Numbered from the stretch's first letter, positions 8,501 to 17,811 are shown. The stretch: DNA of 23,928 nt from Coleofasciculus chthonoplastes F2-STO-03 (GCA_040222015.1 JAVJWO010000136.1:1-23928); one strand, 5' to 3'. Program-made: numbers and translations. The notes: generated from the sequence alone by a model not told the origin.

Positions 8501-10895
8501 AATTAATCGTCCTGTCTCTGATATGATTGGTCGATGTATCTGGGATGAATTTCCGGATGCCATTGGCACCCAATTTGAAACCATCTATCGCCAAGCAGCC
8601 AGAGAACAAAAACCGATGGCGTTTGAGGAGTTATATACGCCGAACAATACCTGGTATGAAGTGCGAGTCTATCCCTCGGAAGAAGGGTTATCCGTCTATT
8701 TTCGGGATATTAGCGATCGCAAAAAAGCAGAATTGGCGCTGCAAGAGAGTCAGCGATTTATCCAACGAATTGCGGATACGAATCCGAATGTGCTATATAT
8801 TTATGATATCCTCGAACACCGTAATATCTATATTAACCGTTCCGTGGCTCAAGTGCTGGGTTATACCCCAGAGGAGATTCAGCAGATGGAATCCAAACTG
8901 TTTGAATCGCTAATGCATCCCGATGACTTAGCCCAAATTTTACGCCAGCATCAACGCTTTGATACCGCCAAAGATGGTGATATTATTGAATGTGAATATC
9001 GGATGCGCCATGCGGATGGTAAATGGCGTTGGTTATATAGTTGGGATACAATTTTTACGCGCACATCTGAGGGGAAACCGAAACAACTTCTCGGTACAGC
9101 GTCAGATATTACGTCACGCAAACAGGTAGAAGAAACCCTGCGTCAACAGGTGGAAAGGGAACGATTAATCAGTGCGATGTCTCGACGCATTCGTCAATCC
9201 CTAGACTTGGAGACAATTCTGACAACAACGGTTGAAGAAGTCCAACAATTACTAATGGCTGACCGAGTATTAGTGTATCAGCTTTTTGAAGATAATCGGG
9301 GACGGGCAATTGCGGAAGGGGTAGCCTCAGGATTTCCCCAGTTATTGAATAGTATTTTTCCAGCAGAAGCCTTTCCCCGCAGCTGTTATCAGAATTATGT
9401 TCAGGGACAAGTGTATGCTTTAGCCGATCGCGATCGCGAAGAGGTTCTACCCTGTATGGTAGACTTCATGGAGGAATACGCAATCCGGGCAAAACTGGTT
9501 GTCCCGATTGTACAGAAAGATATCCTCTGGGGATTACTCATCGTCCATCAATGTTCCCATCCGCGAGAATGGCAAACCTGGGAAATTGAGTTACTGGTAT
9601 CCCTAGCCACCCAACTCGCGATCGCGATTAAACAGTCTCAATTATACGAGCAATTGCGCCACAATAATGATATCCTAGCCACAACCAATGCGGAACTCGC
9701 CCACGCTACCCGGTTAAAAGATGAGTTTCTGGCAAATATGAGTCATGAATTGCGAACGCCACTGAATGCGATTCTGGGGTTATCGGAAAGCTTACAAGAA
9801 GAAGTCTATGGGGAGATTACCGAAAAGCAGCGCAAGTCTCTCGCCACCATTGAAAAAAGTGGTAGACATTTACTGGAGTTAATTAACGATATTCTCGATT
9901 TAGCCAAGATTGAATCGGGGAAGTTGGAGTTAAACCTGACACCCGTTAGTATACCCCAACTGTGTGATGCGAGTTTATCCTTGATTAAACCGCTAGCCTT
10001 AGAGAAAAACATTACGTTGACAAGTAATATAGCAGAAGGATTAGGGACGATTCTGGGCGATGAACGACGCTTACAGCAAGTCTTAATTAACTTATTAAGT
10101 AACGCCGTGAAGTTTACCCCAGAGGGGGGACAGGTGACGGTGGCAATTTATAAAGATACGGAATGTAGAGACGTAGCATGCTACGTCTCTACTTCCCCAA
10201 ATCAGATGCTTTATATCAGTGTCAGTGATACGGGAATTGGCATTGCTAAAGAACATCTGGAGAAACTCTTTCAATCCTTCGTCCAAATTGATAGCAGTTT
10301 ATCCCGGCGTCATCAGGGAACAGGGTTAGGATTAGCGTTAGTGCGGCGAATTGTGGAATTACATGGGGGATGGGTAACCGTAGAAAGTGAACTCGAAAAA
10401 GGAAGTTGCTTTACCGTGAGAGTACCTTGGCGTTCTCATCCCGTGAATCATCCTATTAATTGCCTAGAAGAAAAGGCGACGTTAGGGTCTAGTGTATCAG
10501 ACATTGAAGACCCAAGTTTACCGCGAACAACTCCCTTAATTTTATTGGCTGAAGACAACGAAGCCAACACCCAAACCTTATCCGATTACTTACAGGGAAT
10601 CGGCTATAAAATGATCATGGCAAAAGATGGCAAAGAAGCCGTACAACTCAGCCAACGGCGCAAGCCTGATTTAATTTTAATGGACATTCAGATGCCAGAA
10701 CTCGATGGGTTAAGCGCCACCCAACAGATTCGCGCCAACCCCCGCACCTCCACCATTCCAATTATTGCGATAACGGCGCTAGCCATGTCAGGCGATCGCG
10801 AAAAATGTTTAGCCGCAGGCGTATCCTATTATATGACTAAACCTGTGAACTTGAAGAAGCTAGCAACGATTATCAATGCCTTACTCAATGGATAG
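5598..10895 (+). CDS. Multi-sensor hybrid histidine kinase: 4 CBS - GAF - multiple PAS - GAF - HisKA - HATPase_c - REC
   Basis: CBS motifs (VGIFTERD, IRHLPVVD, VGIVTERD, RRLVV). GAF1 DRVLVYQF...PCH. PAS motifs HPQD/HPDD and DISDRK. GAF2 FPAEAFP...PCM. SHELRTPLN, NLLSNAVKFT, DTGIGI, GTGLGLA. REC with EDN...DLILMDIQMP...KP. Confidence 0.95.
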   Translation: MASAPHLPNQPQPWCFHSPQLDDILDRTPVTVTLDTPVVEVLARMSQVQGCSCSQDGEKTPEPPENPLLSPSTSCVLVTQGTQLVGIFTERDVVRLTAQGRNLAGVSIRQVMSPPDYRLKSSEFRDVFSILGILKQYQIRHLPVVDDQEQLLGLITLSSLRSVIEPSHLLKLRTVDEVMNRTVIQATVDTSVLKLAQLMARHRVSCVVICQGIEGETQQKPVGIVTERDIVQFQVLGVNLSGLKADDVMSQPLFCLDSTDNLWQAHQEMQRRYVRRLVVTGEGGELLGIVTQTRLLQVLDPMEMYGVIDQLQQVIGQLEAEKIELLESRNTQLEELVQSRTHQLQKQAEREHILRSIAQRIRCFLKLPDIFQATVQEVRQLLHCDRVLVYQFAENWSGEIVAESVGDFPSVIGSQIRDSYFQDTKGADYLNGRRQVAHNIYHQGLTPCHLELLEQFQVKAILTVPIIINEQLWGLLVAHHCAAPRQWEPQELDLLEQLSVQIAIAIQQANAFVQLQTELAERQKAEQLAKATQERLHYLLSASPTAIYSRQFIPPYQTTFISDNITALIGYTPAEILEQPDFWLNHIHPQDLPTVLTGFAQLFQQGYSIQEYRFKQKDGEYIWLQDDWKLIRNDQGIPQEIIGAWLDISHRVQAQEQAKTSEKLLELFYESAPVGLCITDEQWRLVRVNPAFCQLFAYPRDYLLGRSLTEFLDPHHCGEWQVRRHDGKFIDIQVTTGPIMEQGERSLRVTTVTDITERKKAEQAIQSMAGQLSTVIDTVGEGITLSNSQGKFRIFNHQMQQITGYTRQEANRCDNFMAKLYPDPLLYQQVKQWQKSPSKKRKLRTLETTFCDQNGVQKTLLVSHSIIHQDNQLLFLSAYRDISDRKQAEESLKHLNEALEKRVQERTTALEQTVEQLHREIKERQQTELALQDSHRKINNILESITEGFFALDQDWRFTHFNSLLAPLINRPVSDMIGRCIWDEFPDAIGTQFETIYRQAAREQKPMAFEELYTPNNTWYEVRVYPSEEGLSVYFRDISDRKKAELALQESQRFIQRIADTNPNVLYIYDILEHRNIYINRSVAQVLGYTPEEIQQMESKLFESLMHPDDLAQILRQHQRFDTAKDGDIIECEYRMRHADGKWRWLYSWDTIFTRTSEGKPKQLLGTASDITSRKQVEETLRQQVERERLISAMSRRIRQSLDLETILTTTVEEVQQLLMADRVLVYQLFEDNRGRAIAEGVASGFPQLLNSIFPAEAFPRSCYQNYVQGQVYALADRDREEVLPCMVDFMEEYAIRAKLVVPIVQKDILWGLLIVHQCSHPREWQTWEIELLVSLATQLAIAIKQSQLYEQLRHNNDILATTNAELAHATRLKDEFLANMSHELRTPLNAILGLSESLQEEVYGEITEKQRKSLATIEKSGRHLLELINDILDLAKIESGKLELNLTPVSIPQLCDASLSLIKPLALEKNITLTSNIAEGLGTILGDERRLQQVLINLLSNAVKFTPEGGQVTVAIYKDTECRDVACYVSTSPNQMLYISVSDTGIGIAKEHLEKLFQSFVQIDSSLSRRHQGTGLGLALVRRIVELHGGWVTVESELEKGSCFTVRVPWRSHPVNHPINCLEEKATLGSSVSDIEDPSLPRTTPLILLAEDNEANTQTLSDYLQGIGYKMIMAKDGKEAVQLSQRRKPDLILMDIQMPELDGLSATQQIRANPRTSTIPIIAITALAMSGDREKCLAAGVSYYMTKPVNLKKLATIINALLNG
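10165..10192. repeat. Perfect 28-bp REP-like palindrome inside the kinase CDS
   Basis: GTAGAGACGTAGCA|TGCTACGTCTCTAC. Same family as the intergenic copy at 17784-17811. Confidence 0.9.
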
Positions 10896-10967
10896 GTCAA
10901 TATAAACGATTTATCTCCGAGACCCATTAAGATCAATTGTATGAAGAAATCGTTCGGGCTGGGGACT

Positions 10968-13900
10968 ATGAAACGCATCGTCTTAATCGCTGGGTTTGAA
11001 TCGTTCAACGCCGACTTGTATCGCCAAGCGGCTGATTGGGCGACAAAACGCTGTCCAGACTTGGATATCCGCGTATTTAGCGACCAATCCTTGACCACAG
11101 AACCGGATATCGTCGCCGCCTCCCTCCAAGAGGCTGATATCTTCTTCGCCAGTCTACTGTTTGATTATGACCACGTTCTCTGGCTGCGGGAGAGAACCCA
11201 ACACATCTCAATTCGCCTTGTCTTTGAATCCGCTCTAGAATTAATGAGTCTGACTCAGCTAGGGGCGTTTAAACTTGGCGATAAGCCCAAAGGAATGCCC
11301 AAGCCGATTAAGTTTATTCTGGATAAATTTAGCAATGGACGAGAAGAAGATAAACTTGCGGGTTACATTAGCTTTCTGAAGACTGGTCCCAAGCTGCTGA
11401 AATATATTCCAGCGAAAAAAGTTCAGGATTTACGCAACTGGCTGATTATCTACGGGTATTGGAATGCTGGTGGTTCCGAAAACGTTGCTTCAATGTTTTG
11501 GGTACTCGCTGAAAAATACTTAGGATTACAAGTGGGAGACATTCCACCGCCAGTCGAAACTCCAAACATGGGTTTATTACATCCCGATTATGACGGATAT
11601 TTTACCTCGCCACAGCATTATCAGGAGTGGTATCGGCAAAAGCACAATAATGTTTCCTCCCCCTCTAACACCCCCCTTATTAAGCAGGGCTGGGGGGGAT
11701 CTCTTCCCATTGTCGGGATTCTCCTATATCGCAAACACGTTGTCTCTAAACAACCGTATATTCCCCAATTAATTCGCCACTTTGAGAATGCTGGATTAAT
11801 CCCCGTCCCTATCTTTATTAATGGTGTGGAAGGACATGTGGCGGTGCGCGATTGGCTGACTTCGGCGGATGAAACTGCCCGACGAAAACGGGGTACAATT
11901 GACACATTATCCTTATCCAAAGATGCTGTTGAAGTTGACGCGATTGTTTCTACAATTGGCTTTCCATTAGTCGGAGGACCCGCTGGTTCGATGGAGGCGG
12001 GGCGTCAAGTTGAGGTGGCAAAACGCATCCTCACGGCAAAAAATGTTCCCTATATTGTCGCCGCACCGTTACTGATTCAGGATATTCACTCTTGGACGCG
12101 ACAAGGAATTGGTGGCTTGCAATCTGTCGTATTATATGCATTACCAGAATTAGATGGGGCAATTGACACGGTTCCTCTGGGGGGATTGGTGGGAGAGGAT
12201 ATTTATCTAATTCCCGAACGGGTGAAACGGTTAACTGGGCGTCTGAAGCGTTGGATTGAACTGAGACAGACACCCGCTTCAGAACGGAAAATTGCCATCA
12301 TTCTCTATGGTTTCCCGCCCGGATATGGGGCGACAGGAACAGCAGCTTTACTCAATGTACCGCGATCGCTCCTGAAAGTCCTCCACGCCCTCAAGCAGCA
12401 AGGCTATACCGTTGGCGAGTTACCGGAGGATGGCGAAGAACTTATCCGCCAGGTTAAAGAAGCCGATGAAGCAATTAGCCATGAGGATTCACCGACAAAC
12501 TCAGTCAACGTTAAAACCCTCGAAAAATGGCTCGGCTATCTGTTCACCACTCGCATCGAAAAGCAGTGGAAATCCCTCACCGGAACCGGAATTAAAACTT
12601 ACGGGGATGAATTCCAAATTGGTGGAATTCAATTAGGAAATATTTGGATAGGCGTGCAACCCCCCTTAGGTATTTCAGGTGATCCGATGCGGTTAATGTT
12701 TGAACGGGATATGACCCCTCATCCTCAATATGCCGCATTTTATAAATGGCTACACCATGAGTTTCAAACTCATGCAGTGGTTCACTTTGGTATGCATGGC
12801 ACCGTGGAATGGTTACCCGGTTCTCCTTTAGGGAATACGGGGTATTCCTGGTCAGATATTTTGCTGGGAGATATTCCCAATCTCTATATTTATGCTGCCA
12901 ATAATCCCTCGGAATCCATTTTAGCCAAACGGCGCGGCTATGGTGTCCTGATTTCCCATAATGTACCCCCGTATGGGCGGGCAGGATTGTATAAAGAATT
13001 AGTCGCGCTGCGAGATTTAATTGCTGAGTACCGAGAAGACCCAGATAAAAATTATGCCCTGAAACCTGACATTTGTCAGAAAATTGTGGATAGTGGCTTA
13101 GATACTGATTGTCCCTTTGATGAGGCTAAAAAATTAGGGATTCCGTTCACACCCGAAAATGTGCGCTTGTTCAGTGCTGAGGCATTTAATCATTATCTGG
13201 TTAAGTTGTATGAATACCTGCAAGTGGTCGAACAACGCTTATTTTCCTCCGGATTACATACCTTAGGCGAAGCGCCGAACTCAGAAGCATTGGCGAGTTA
13301 TTTAAATGCTTATTTTGGCGACAATGGCGCAGCGGATTTAGTCAAGGAGGTAATAGATAAACTTGGAAATGTTAAAACAACTCAATTAGCGGCGGCATCT
13401 CTAGTTAAGGATAAAAAAGGCGAATCAGATTCCCTTACCACTGAAATAGAATCCATTGCCCACTTATTACAGCAAAACACCGATGAACTAACCAATCTAT
13501 TACGGGGATTAAATGGAGAATACATTCCCCCAGCTCCCGGCGGCGACTTATTACGAGATGGTGCTGGTGTATTACCCACCGGACGAAATATTCATGCTTT
13601 AGACCCCTATCGGATGCCTTCACCGGGAGCCTATCAGCGAGGACGAGACATTGCCCAAAAAATTATCGCCCAACACCTTCAAGAACAGGGAGACTATCCG
13701 GAAACTGTGGCGGTGATGTTATGGGGATTAGATGCGATTAAAACCAAAGGAGAATCCTTGGGAATTCTACTCGAATTAGTGGGTGCAGAACCGATTAAAG
13801 AAGGAACGGGGCGAATTGTCCGTTATGAGTTAAAACCCTTAGCAGAATTGGGACATCCCCGGATTGATGTATTGGCAAATCTATCAGGAATTTTCCGAGA

Positions 13901-14753
13901 TAGTTTTGTGAATATTATTGAATTACTGGATGATTTATTTAAACGGGCGGCGGAGGCTGAGGAACCGGAAGACCAGAATTTTATTCGGAAACACGCTTTA
14001 GCGTTACAAGCCCAAGGAATCAAGAATAATTCTGCCCGATTATTTTCTAACCCCGCTGGCGATTTTGGTTCCTTAGTTAATGACCAAGTGACGGATGGAA
14101 ACTGGGAATCGGGAGAGGAATTAGGTAAAACCTGGGAAAGTCGCAATGCGTTTAGTTATGGGCGTCAAGATAAAGGACAAGCGCGTCCGGAAGTGCTGAC
14201 TCAGCTATTAAAAACAACCAGCCAGGTGGTTCAGGAAATTGACTCTGTGGAATATGGTTTAACCGATATTCAGGAATATTATGCCAATACGGGGGGATTG
14301 AAAAAAGCGGCTGAGAAACAACGGGGAAAGAAAGTGAGTGCCAGTTTTGTGGAAAGCTTTTCTAAAGATACAACCCCGCGCAAATTAGATGACTTACTGC
14401 GGTTAGAATATCGCACTAAGTTACTGAATCCAAAATGGGCAGAAGCCATGGCGAGTCAGGGTTCAGGGGGTGCGTATGAAATATCCCAACGAATGACGGC
14501 GTTAATTGGTTGGGGGGGAACCGCAGATTTTACCGATGATTGGGTGTATGAGCAAGCAGCAGATACCTATACCTTAGATGCAGAAATGGCAGAGAGGTTA
14601 AGAAAAGCAAATCCTGAGGCATTTCGGAATATTGTCGCCCGGATGTTAGAGGCAAGTGGGCGAGGGTTTTGGCAACCCAGTGAGGAGAAGTTACAGAAGT
14701 TGCAGGCGTTGTATGAGTTGGCTGATGAAGAATTAGAAGGGGTGACAGTTTAA
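10968..14753 (+). CDS. bchH: Magnesium chelatase subunit H family protein (BchH/ChlH paralog, CobN/Mg-chelatase superfamily)
   Basis: TIGFPLVGGPA, LPELDGA, HFGMHGTVEWLPG, YAANNPSE, LPTGRNIHALDP, LSGIFRD, EYYANTG and RTKLLNPKW motifs. Likely start MKRIVLIAG at 10968. Confidence 0.9.
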   Translation: MKRIVLIAGFESFNADLYRQAADWATKRCPDLDIRVFSDQSLTTEPDIVAASLQEADIFFASLLFDYDHVLWLRERTQHISIRLVFESALELMSLTQLGAFKLGDKPKGMPKPIKFILDKFSNGREEDKLAGYISFLKTGPKLLKYIPAKKVQDLRNWLIIYGYWNAGGSENVASMFWVLAEKYLGLQVGDIPPPVETPNMGLLHPDYDGYFTSPQHYQEWYRQKHNNVSSPSNTPLIKQGWGGSLPIVGILLYRKHVVSKQPYIPQLIRHFENAGLIPVPIFINGVEGHVAVRDWLTSADETARRKRGTIDTLSLSKDAVEVDAIVSTIGFPLVGGPAGSMEAGRQVEVAKRILTAKNVPYIVAAPLLIQDIHSWTRQGIGGLQSVVLYALPELDGAIDTVPLGGLVGEDIYLIPERVKRLTGRLKRWIELRQTPASERKIAIILYGFPPGYGATGTAALLNVPRSLLKVLHALKQQGYTVGELPEDGEELIRQVKEADEAISHEDSPTNSVNVKTLEKWLGYLFTTRIEKQWKSLTGTGIKTYGDEFQIGGIQLGNIWIGVQPPLGISGDPMRLMFERDMTPHPQYAAFYKWLHHEFQTHAVVHFGMHGTVEWLPGSPLGNTGYSWSDILLGDIPNLYIYAANNPSESILAKRRGYGVLISHNVPPYGRAGLYKELVALRDLIAEYREDPDKNYALKPDICQKIVDSGLDTDCPFDEAKKLGIPFTPENVRLFSAEAFNHYLVKLYEYLQVVEQRLFSSGLHTLGEAPNSEALASYLNAYFGDNGAADLVKEVIDKLGNVKTTQLAAASLVKDKKGESDSLTTEIESIAHLLQQNTDELTNLLRGLNGEYIPPAPGGDLLRDGAGVLPTGRNIHALDPYRMPSPGAYQRGRDIAQKIIAQHLQEQGDYPETVAVMLWGLDAIKTKGESLGILLELVGAEPIKEGTGRIVRYELKPLAELGHPRIDVLANLSGIFRDSFVNIIELLDDLFKRAAEAEEPEDQNFIRKHALALQAQGIKNNSARLFSNPAGDFGSLVNDQVTDGNWESGEELGKTWESRNAFSYGRQDKGQARPEVLTQLLKTTSQVVQEIDSVEYGLTDIQEYYANTGGLKKAAEKQRGKKVSASFVESFSKDTTPRKLDDLLRLEYRTKLLNPKWAEAMASQGSGGAYEISQRMTALIGWGGTADFTDDWVYEQAADTYTLDAEMAERLRKANPEAFRNIVARMLEASGRGFWQPSEEKLQKLQALYELADEELEGVTV

Positions 14754-14860
14754 TTGTGTCCACCTATTTTAAAGTACAGTTTTAATGGAGGATTCAAGAT
14801 TTATGGAGTGTCAGCAAATTTGCCTTGATAGGTATAAAATATAACCAAAATAATAGAAAG

Positions 14861-15694
14861 ATGTCGATTATAACTCGCTTCCTCCGCTTACCCCACTTTC
14901 GCATAGTCGTATTCGTTTTACTGACTTTAGTTTTGACCTTGGGGTTAGCCATAAAATTACCAATTAAGGTACAAGCACAGTCCGAACCTCCCTCACTTAG
15001 CAGCCTGATTCCTGAGCAATGGGAAGTTGTACCTGTGACTGATTCAGTAGATGCCCTTAATCGAGAGCCCGGAGGGCATTGTAATTGCCTCTTGTCTCCT
15101 GAAGGTATTCCTCCAAGCTTACTTCCACCATCCGGAATAGGGAAAACAATTTCTGAATATCCGACTTTCTTTTGGTATGTACCGAAGACATACGCTTGGG
15201 GAATAGAATTTATGTTGAGGAATGCCAACAATCAAAAAGTTTACTCGACTAAGTATGCCTTTACTCATTACACGGAAGAAGATTCCAATGGTAATGAAGT
15301 CGAAAGAGTCGTAGGCACTCCAGGTATCTTCAGCTTACAGCTTCCTGGCGAGGCTACCCGTCCCCCACTATTTCTTCCCTTAGAAATTGGTCAAAAATAT
15401 CACTGGATTTTACGGATAATATGTGATCCGATGGATCCTTCAGGTGATATTTATATAGATGGAGCTATTGAACGAATCCAGCTTAATTCAAGGGATGAGA
15501 CTTTTCTAGCCCAGGCAACTCCAGAAGAACGTTTGGCTTTCTACACTAAAGAACGAATTTGGTACGAGACTGTAGATACTTTAATGGAACTACGGCGTGA
15601 ACGTCCCGATGATCAAGATGTAACTGATGCCTGGAACAAATTACTTAAATCAGTCGAGTTGGATGCGTATACCTTTCTATCCGAATTTAGCTAA
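14861..15694 (+). CDS. DUF928 domain protein (exported or membrane-anchored)
   Basis: N-terminal hydrophobic segment. GKTISEYPTFFWYVP, LEIGQKYHW, IWYET and W..LLKSVEL motifs typical of DUF928. Confidence 0.85.
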   Translation: MSIITRFLRLPHFRIVVFVLLTLVLTLGLAIKLPIKVQAQSEPPSLSSLIPEQWEVVPVTDSVDALNREPGGHCNCLLSPEGIPPSLLPPSGIGKTISEYPTFFWYVPKTYAWGIEFMLRNANNQKVYSTKYAFTHYTEEDSNGNEVERVVGTPGIFSLQLPGEATRPPLFLPLEIGQKYHWILRIICDPMDPSGDIYIDGAIERIQLNSRDETFLAQATPEERLAFYTKERIWYETVDTLMELRRERPDDQDVTDAWNKLLKSVELDAYTFLSEFS

Positions 15695-15745
15695 ACTCAA
15701 GAATGCATAAAACTAACAGTTGATTAAACAAGATGGATTAGAATT

Positions 15746-15845
15746 GTAGGGGCGCACCGACGTGCGCCCTTTATTATAGCAGTGGCAATGGTGCGTTACG
15801 CTACGAAGATAGCACCCTACAGATAGAGGCGTTGCGTAAGTCCTA
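15746..15845. repeat. Cluster of REP-like repeats and a MITE end
   Basis: GTAGGGGCGCACCGACGTGCGCCC, GGTGCGTTACGCTACG...GCACCCTAC and TGCGTAAGTCCTA. Each has a relative in 19993-20457 or 5236-5259. Confidence 0.65.
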
Positions 15846-16010
15846 AGAACTTGCTGCATCAGTCTAAAAACCTGAGTCGGGGCAGGTTTAGTTACATCTG
15901 GGGAATGGGTTGTTGTTTCCTTAAGTAATGTCTTTTTGCCCTCTCTCTGCCTTGAAGCATTATAATCTTTTAATATAGAATCTAAGCGTTAAACCCTTAC
16001 GACCAAGAAA

Positions 16011-16325
16011 ATGACGACAATTAACCCAAAGATTGAGGTATCGAGGGAAGAGATTGCTAGGTTTTGCCAGCGCTGGCAAATTACTGAGTTTGCCCTATTT
16101 GGTTCTATCTTACGAGATGATTTTCGCCCCGATAGTGATGTCGATGTACTGGTCAGTTTTGCGCCGGAGGCTAAATGGAGTCTGTGGGACATCATTAAAA
16201 TGAAAGAAGAACTGAAAACGATGTTTAGGCGGGAGGTTGATTTAGTCCAAAAGGATTGTTTACGTAATCCCTTCCGGCGTTATGAAATACTCAGCACAAA
16301 ACAGGTAATCTATGCTGCCAAATAA
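16011..16325 (+). CDS. mntA: Minimal nucleotidyltransferase (MNT) antitoxin
   Basis: LFGSILRDDFRPDSDVDVLV (GS-x10-DxD) and REVDLV. 104 aa. Overlaps the downstream HEPN gene by 14 nt. Confidence 0.9.
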   Translation: MTTINPKIEVSREEIARFCQRWQITEFALFGSILRDDFRPDSDVDVLVSFAPEAKWSLWDIIKMKEELKTMFRREVDLVQKDCLRNPFRRYEILSTKQVIYAAK

Positions 16326-16671
16326 TCGAGATGCTGGCTATCTTTGGGATATGTTACAGGCGGCACGTCGTCTTCAAGACTTTACGGCTGGTTTATCCTA
16401 TGAAACTTATTTAGAGAGTATCTTGCTTCAGAGTGCCGTTGAGCGACAGTTAGAAATTCTCGGTGAAGCGGCGAGACGAATGTCAGATGATTTCCGTCAA
16501 GCGCATCCAGCAATTCCCTGGAGTGCTATTATTGGACAACGGAATGTCATTGCTCATCAATATGATGATATTGAGCTAGAACAGCTTTGGTCTGTAGTGA
16601 CTTCCGATATTCCCACGCTGATTACTCAATTAGAACCTTTAATCCCACCCTTGCCACCAGAAATAGAATAG
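16312..16671 (+). CDS. hepT: HEPN (DUF86) RNase toxin
   Basis: AVERQLEILGEAA, IPW and RNVIAHQY (R-x4-H-x-Y motif). 119 aa. Confidence 0.9.
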   Translation: MLPNNRDAGYLWDMLQAARRLQDFTAGLSYETYLESILLQSAVERQLEILGEAARRMSDDFRQAHPAIPWSAIIGQRNVIAHQYDDIELEQLWSVVTSDIPTLITQLEPLIPPLPPEIE

Positions 16672-16985
16672 TTGTTAGAGTTAAAATTTTACAGATTTTC
16701 TGGGCGCAAGCCTTGCGCCCCTACCTGATGTTACGGTTTCCTGAATACATCGTTTCTAAAGTAAATAATTGATGCTTATAATACGGATAAGGTGGTGCGA
16801 GTTGGGGCAGGGGAAGACGTAAGTAGGTGGGGACAATTAAAGTTAACGGTGGAGAACTCGCTTTCGCGAGAAGCCAGCTACATCATTCGTCATTTGTCAA
16901 GAATTATTTATCCAAAAGCCCTTGGCTAATCCCACGCTGATGCGAAATAATGCAGATGCAAACTCTAATCATCCACAAGATTGTG

Positions 16986-17738
16986 ATGACTGCATTTTTA
17001 TTCATAACCGACTTAGACAACACCCTAATCGGCGATGACGCTGCCCTCAAGGAACTTAATCAGCAGTTAGAGCAGCATCGCCAAGACTATGGTACTAAGA
17101 TAGTCTATGCTACCGGGCGATCGCGTGACCTCTACCGGAAACTAACCACCGAAAAGCCCCTACTGTCACCGGATGCCCTGATTACTTCAGTCGGTACCGA
17201 AATTTACTTTAATCCGGAGGAAGAAATCTTTGATCCAGAATGGGCGGACATCCTGTCAGAGGGGTGGAACCGGGAAGAGGTTGTCGCCACGGCTGGTCAC
17301 TATTCTGACTTAGTGCCTCAACCTGAGACAGAACAGCGCCCTTTTAAAGTCAGTTATGTGGTAAGTGAAGAAATTTCCTCAGAAGTTTTGCCCCGTCTGG
17401 AATTTTCTCTAAAACAAAAAGGGTTAGATGTCAAGCTAATCTATAGTGGGGGTCAAGACTTAGATATTTTACCTTGTCAAGGGGATAAAGGTTTAGCGGT
17501 ACAATTCCTGCGGCAAAAATGGGACATGGACGCGACAAAAACCGTTGTCTGTGGTGATTCTGGTAATGATATCGCCCTGTTTAGTGCTGGGGAAGAACGG
17601 GGTATTCTGGTGGGAAATGCTAAACCTGAACTGCGTCAATGGTATGAGGAGAACAAAAAAGATTACCATTATTTTGCTCAGGCACATTATGCAGATGGTA
17701 TATTAGAAGGTCTGCATCATTTGGGGTTTCTGGCTTAG
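16986..17738 (+). CDS. spp: Sucrose-phosphate phosphatase (HAD IIB)
   Basis: FITDLDNTLIGD, YATGRS, SVGTEIY, QRPFKVSY, DLDILP, KG and VCGDSGND motifs. Likely start at ATG 16986. Confidence 0.92.
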   Translation: MTAFLFITDLDNTLIGDDAALKELNQQLEQHRQDYGTKIVYATGRSRDLYRKLTTEKPLLSPDALITSVGTEIYFNPEEEIFDPEWADILSEGWNREEVVATAGHYSDLVPQPETEQRPFKVSYVVSEEISSEVLPRLEFSLKQKGLDVKLIYSGGQDLDILPCQGDKGLAVQFLRQKWDMDATKTVVCGDSGNDIALFSAGEERGILVGNAKPELRQWYEENKKDYHYFAQAHYADGILEGLHHLGFLA

Positions 17739-17783
17739 GAATTGGGGATAGGAGAAGAAGGAACAGGGAAGATCGCCAACAGT

Positions 17784-17811
17784 GTAGAGACGCGCCATGG
17801 CGCGTCTCTAC
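17784..17811. repeat. Perfect 28-bp REP-like palindrome
   Basis: GTAGAGACGCGCCA|TGGCGCGTCTCTAC between spp and ruvA. Confidence 0.9.

Noticed and set aside
7719..8913. Antisense and alternate-frame ORFs within the kinase (likewise within bchH, DUF928 and the CHAT gene)
   Set aside because: They are shadow ORFs of long, well-supported genes and carry no motifs.
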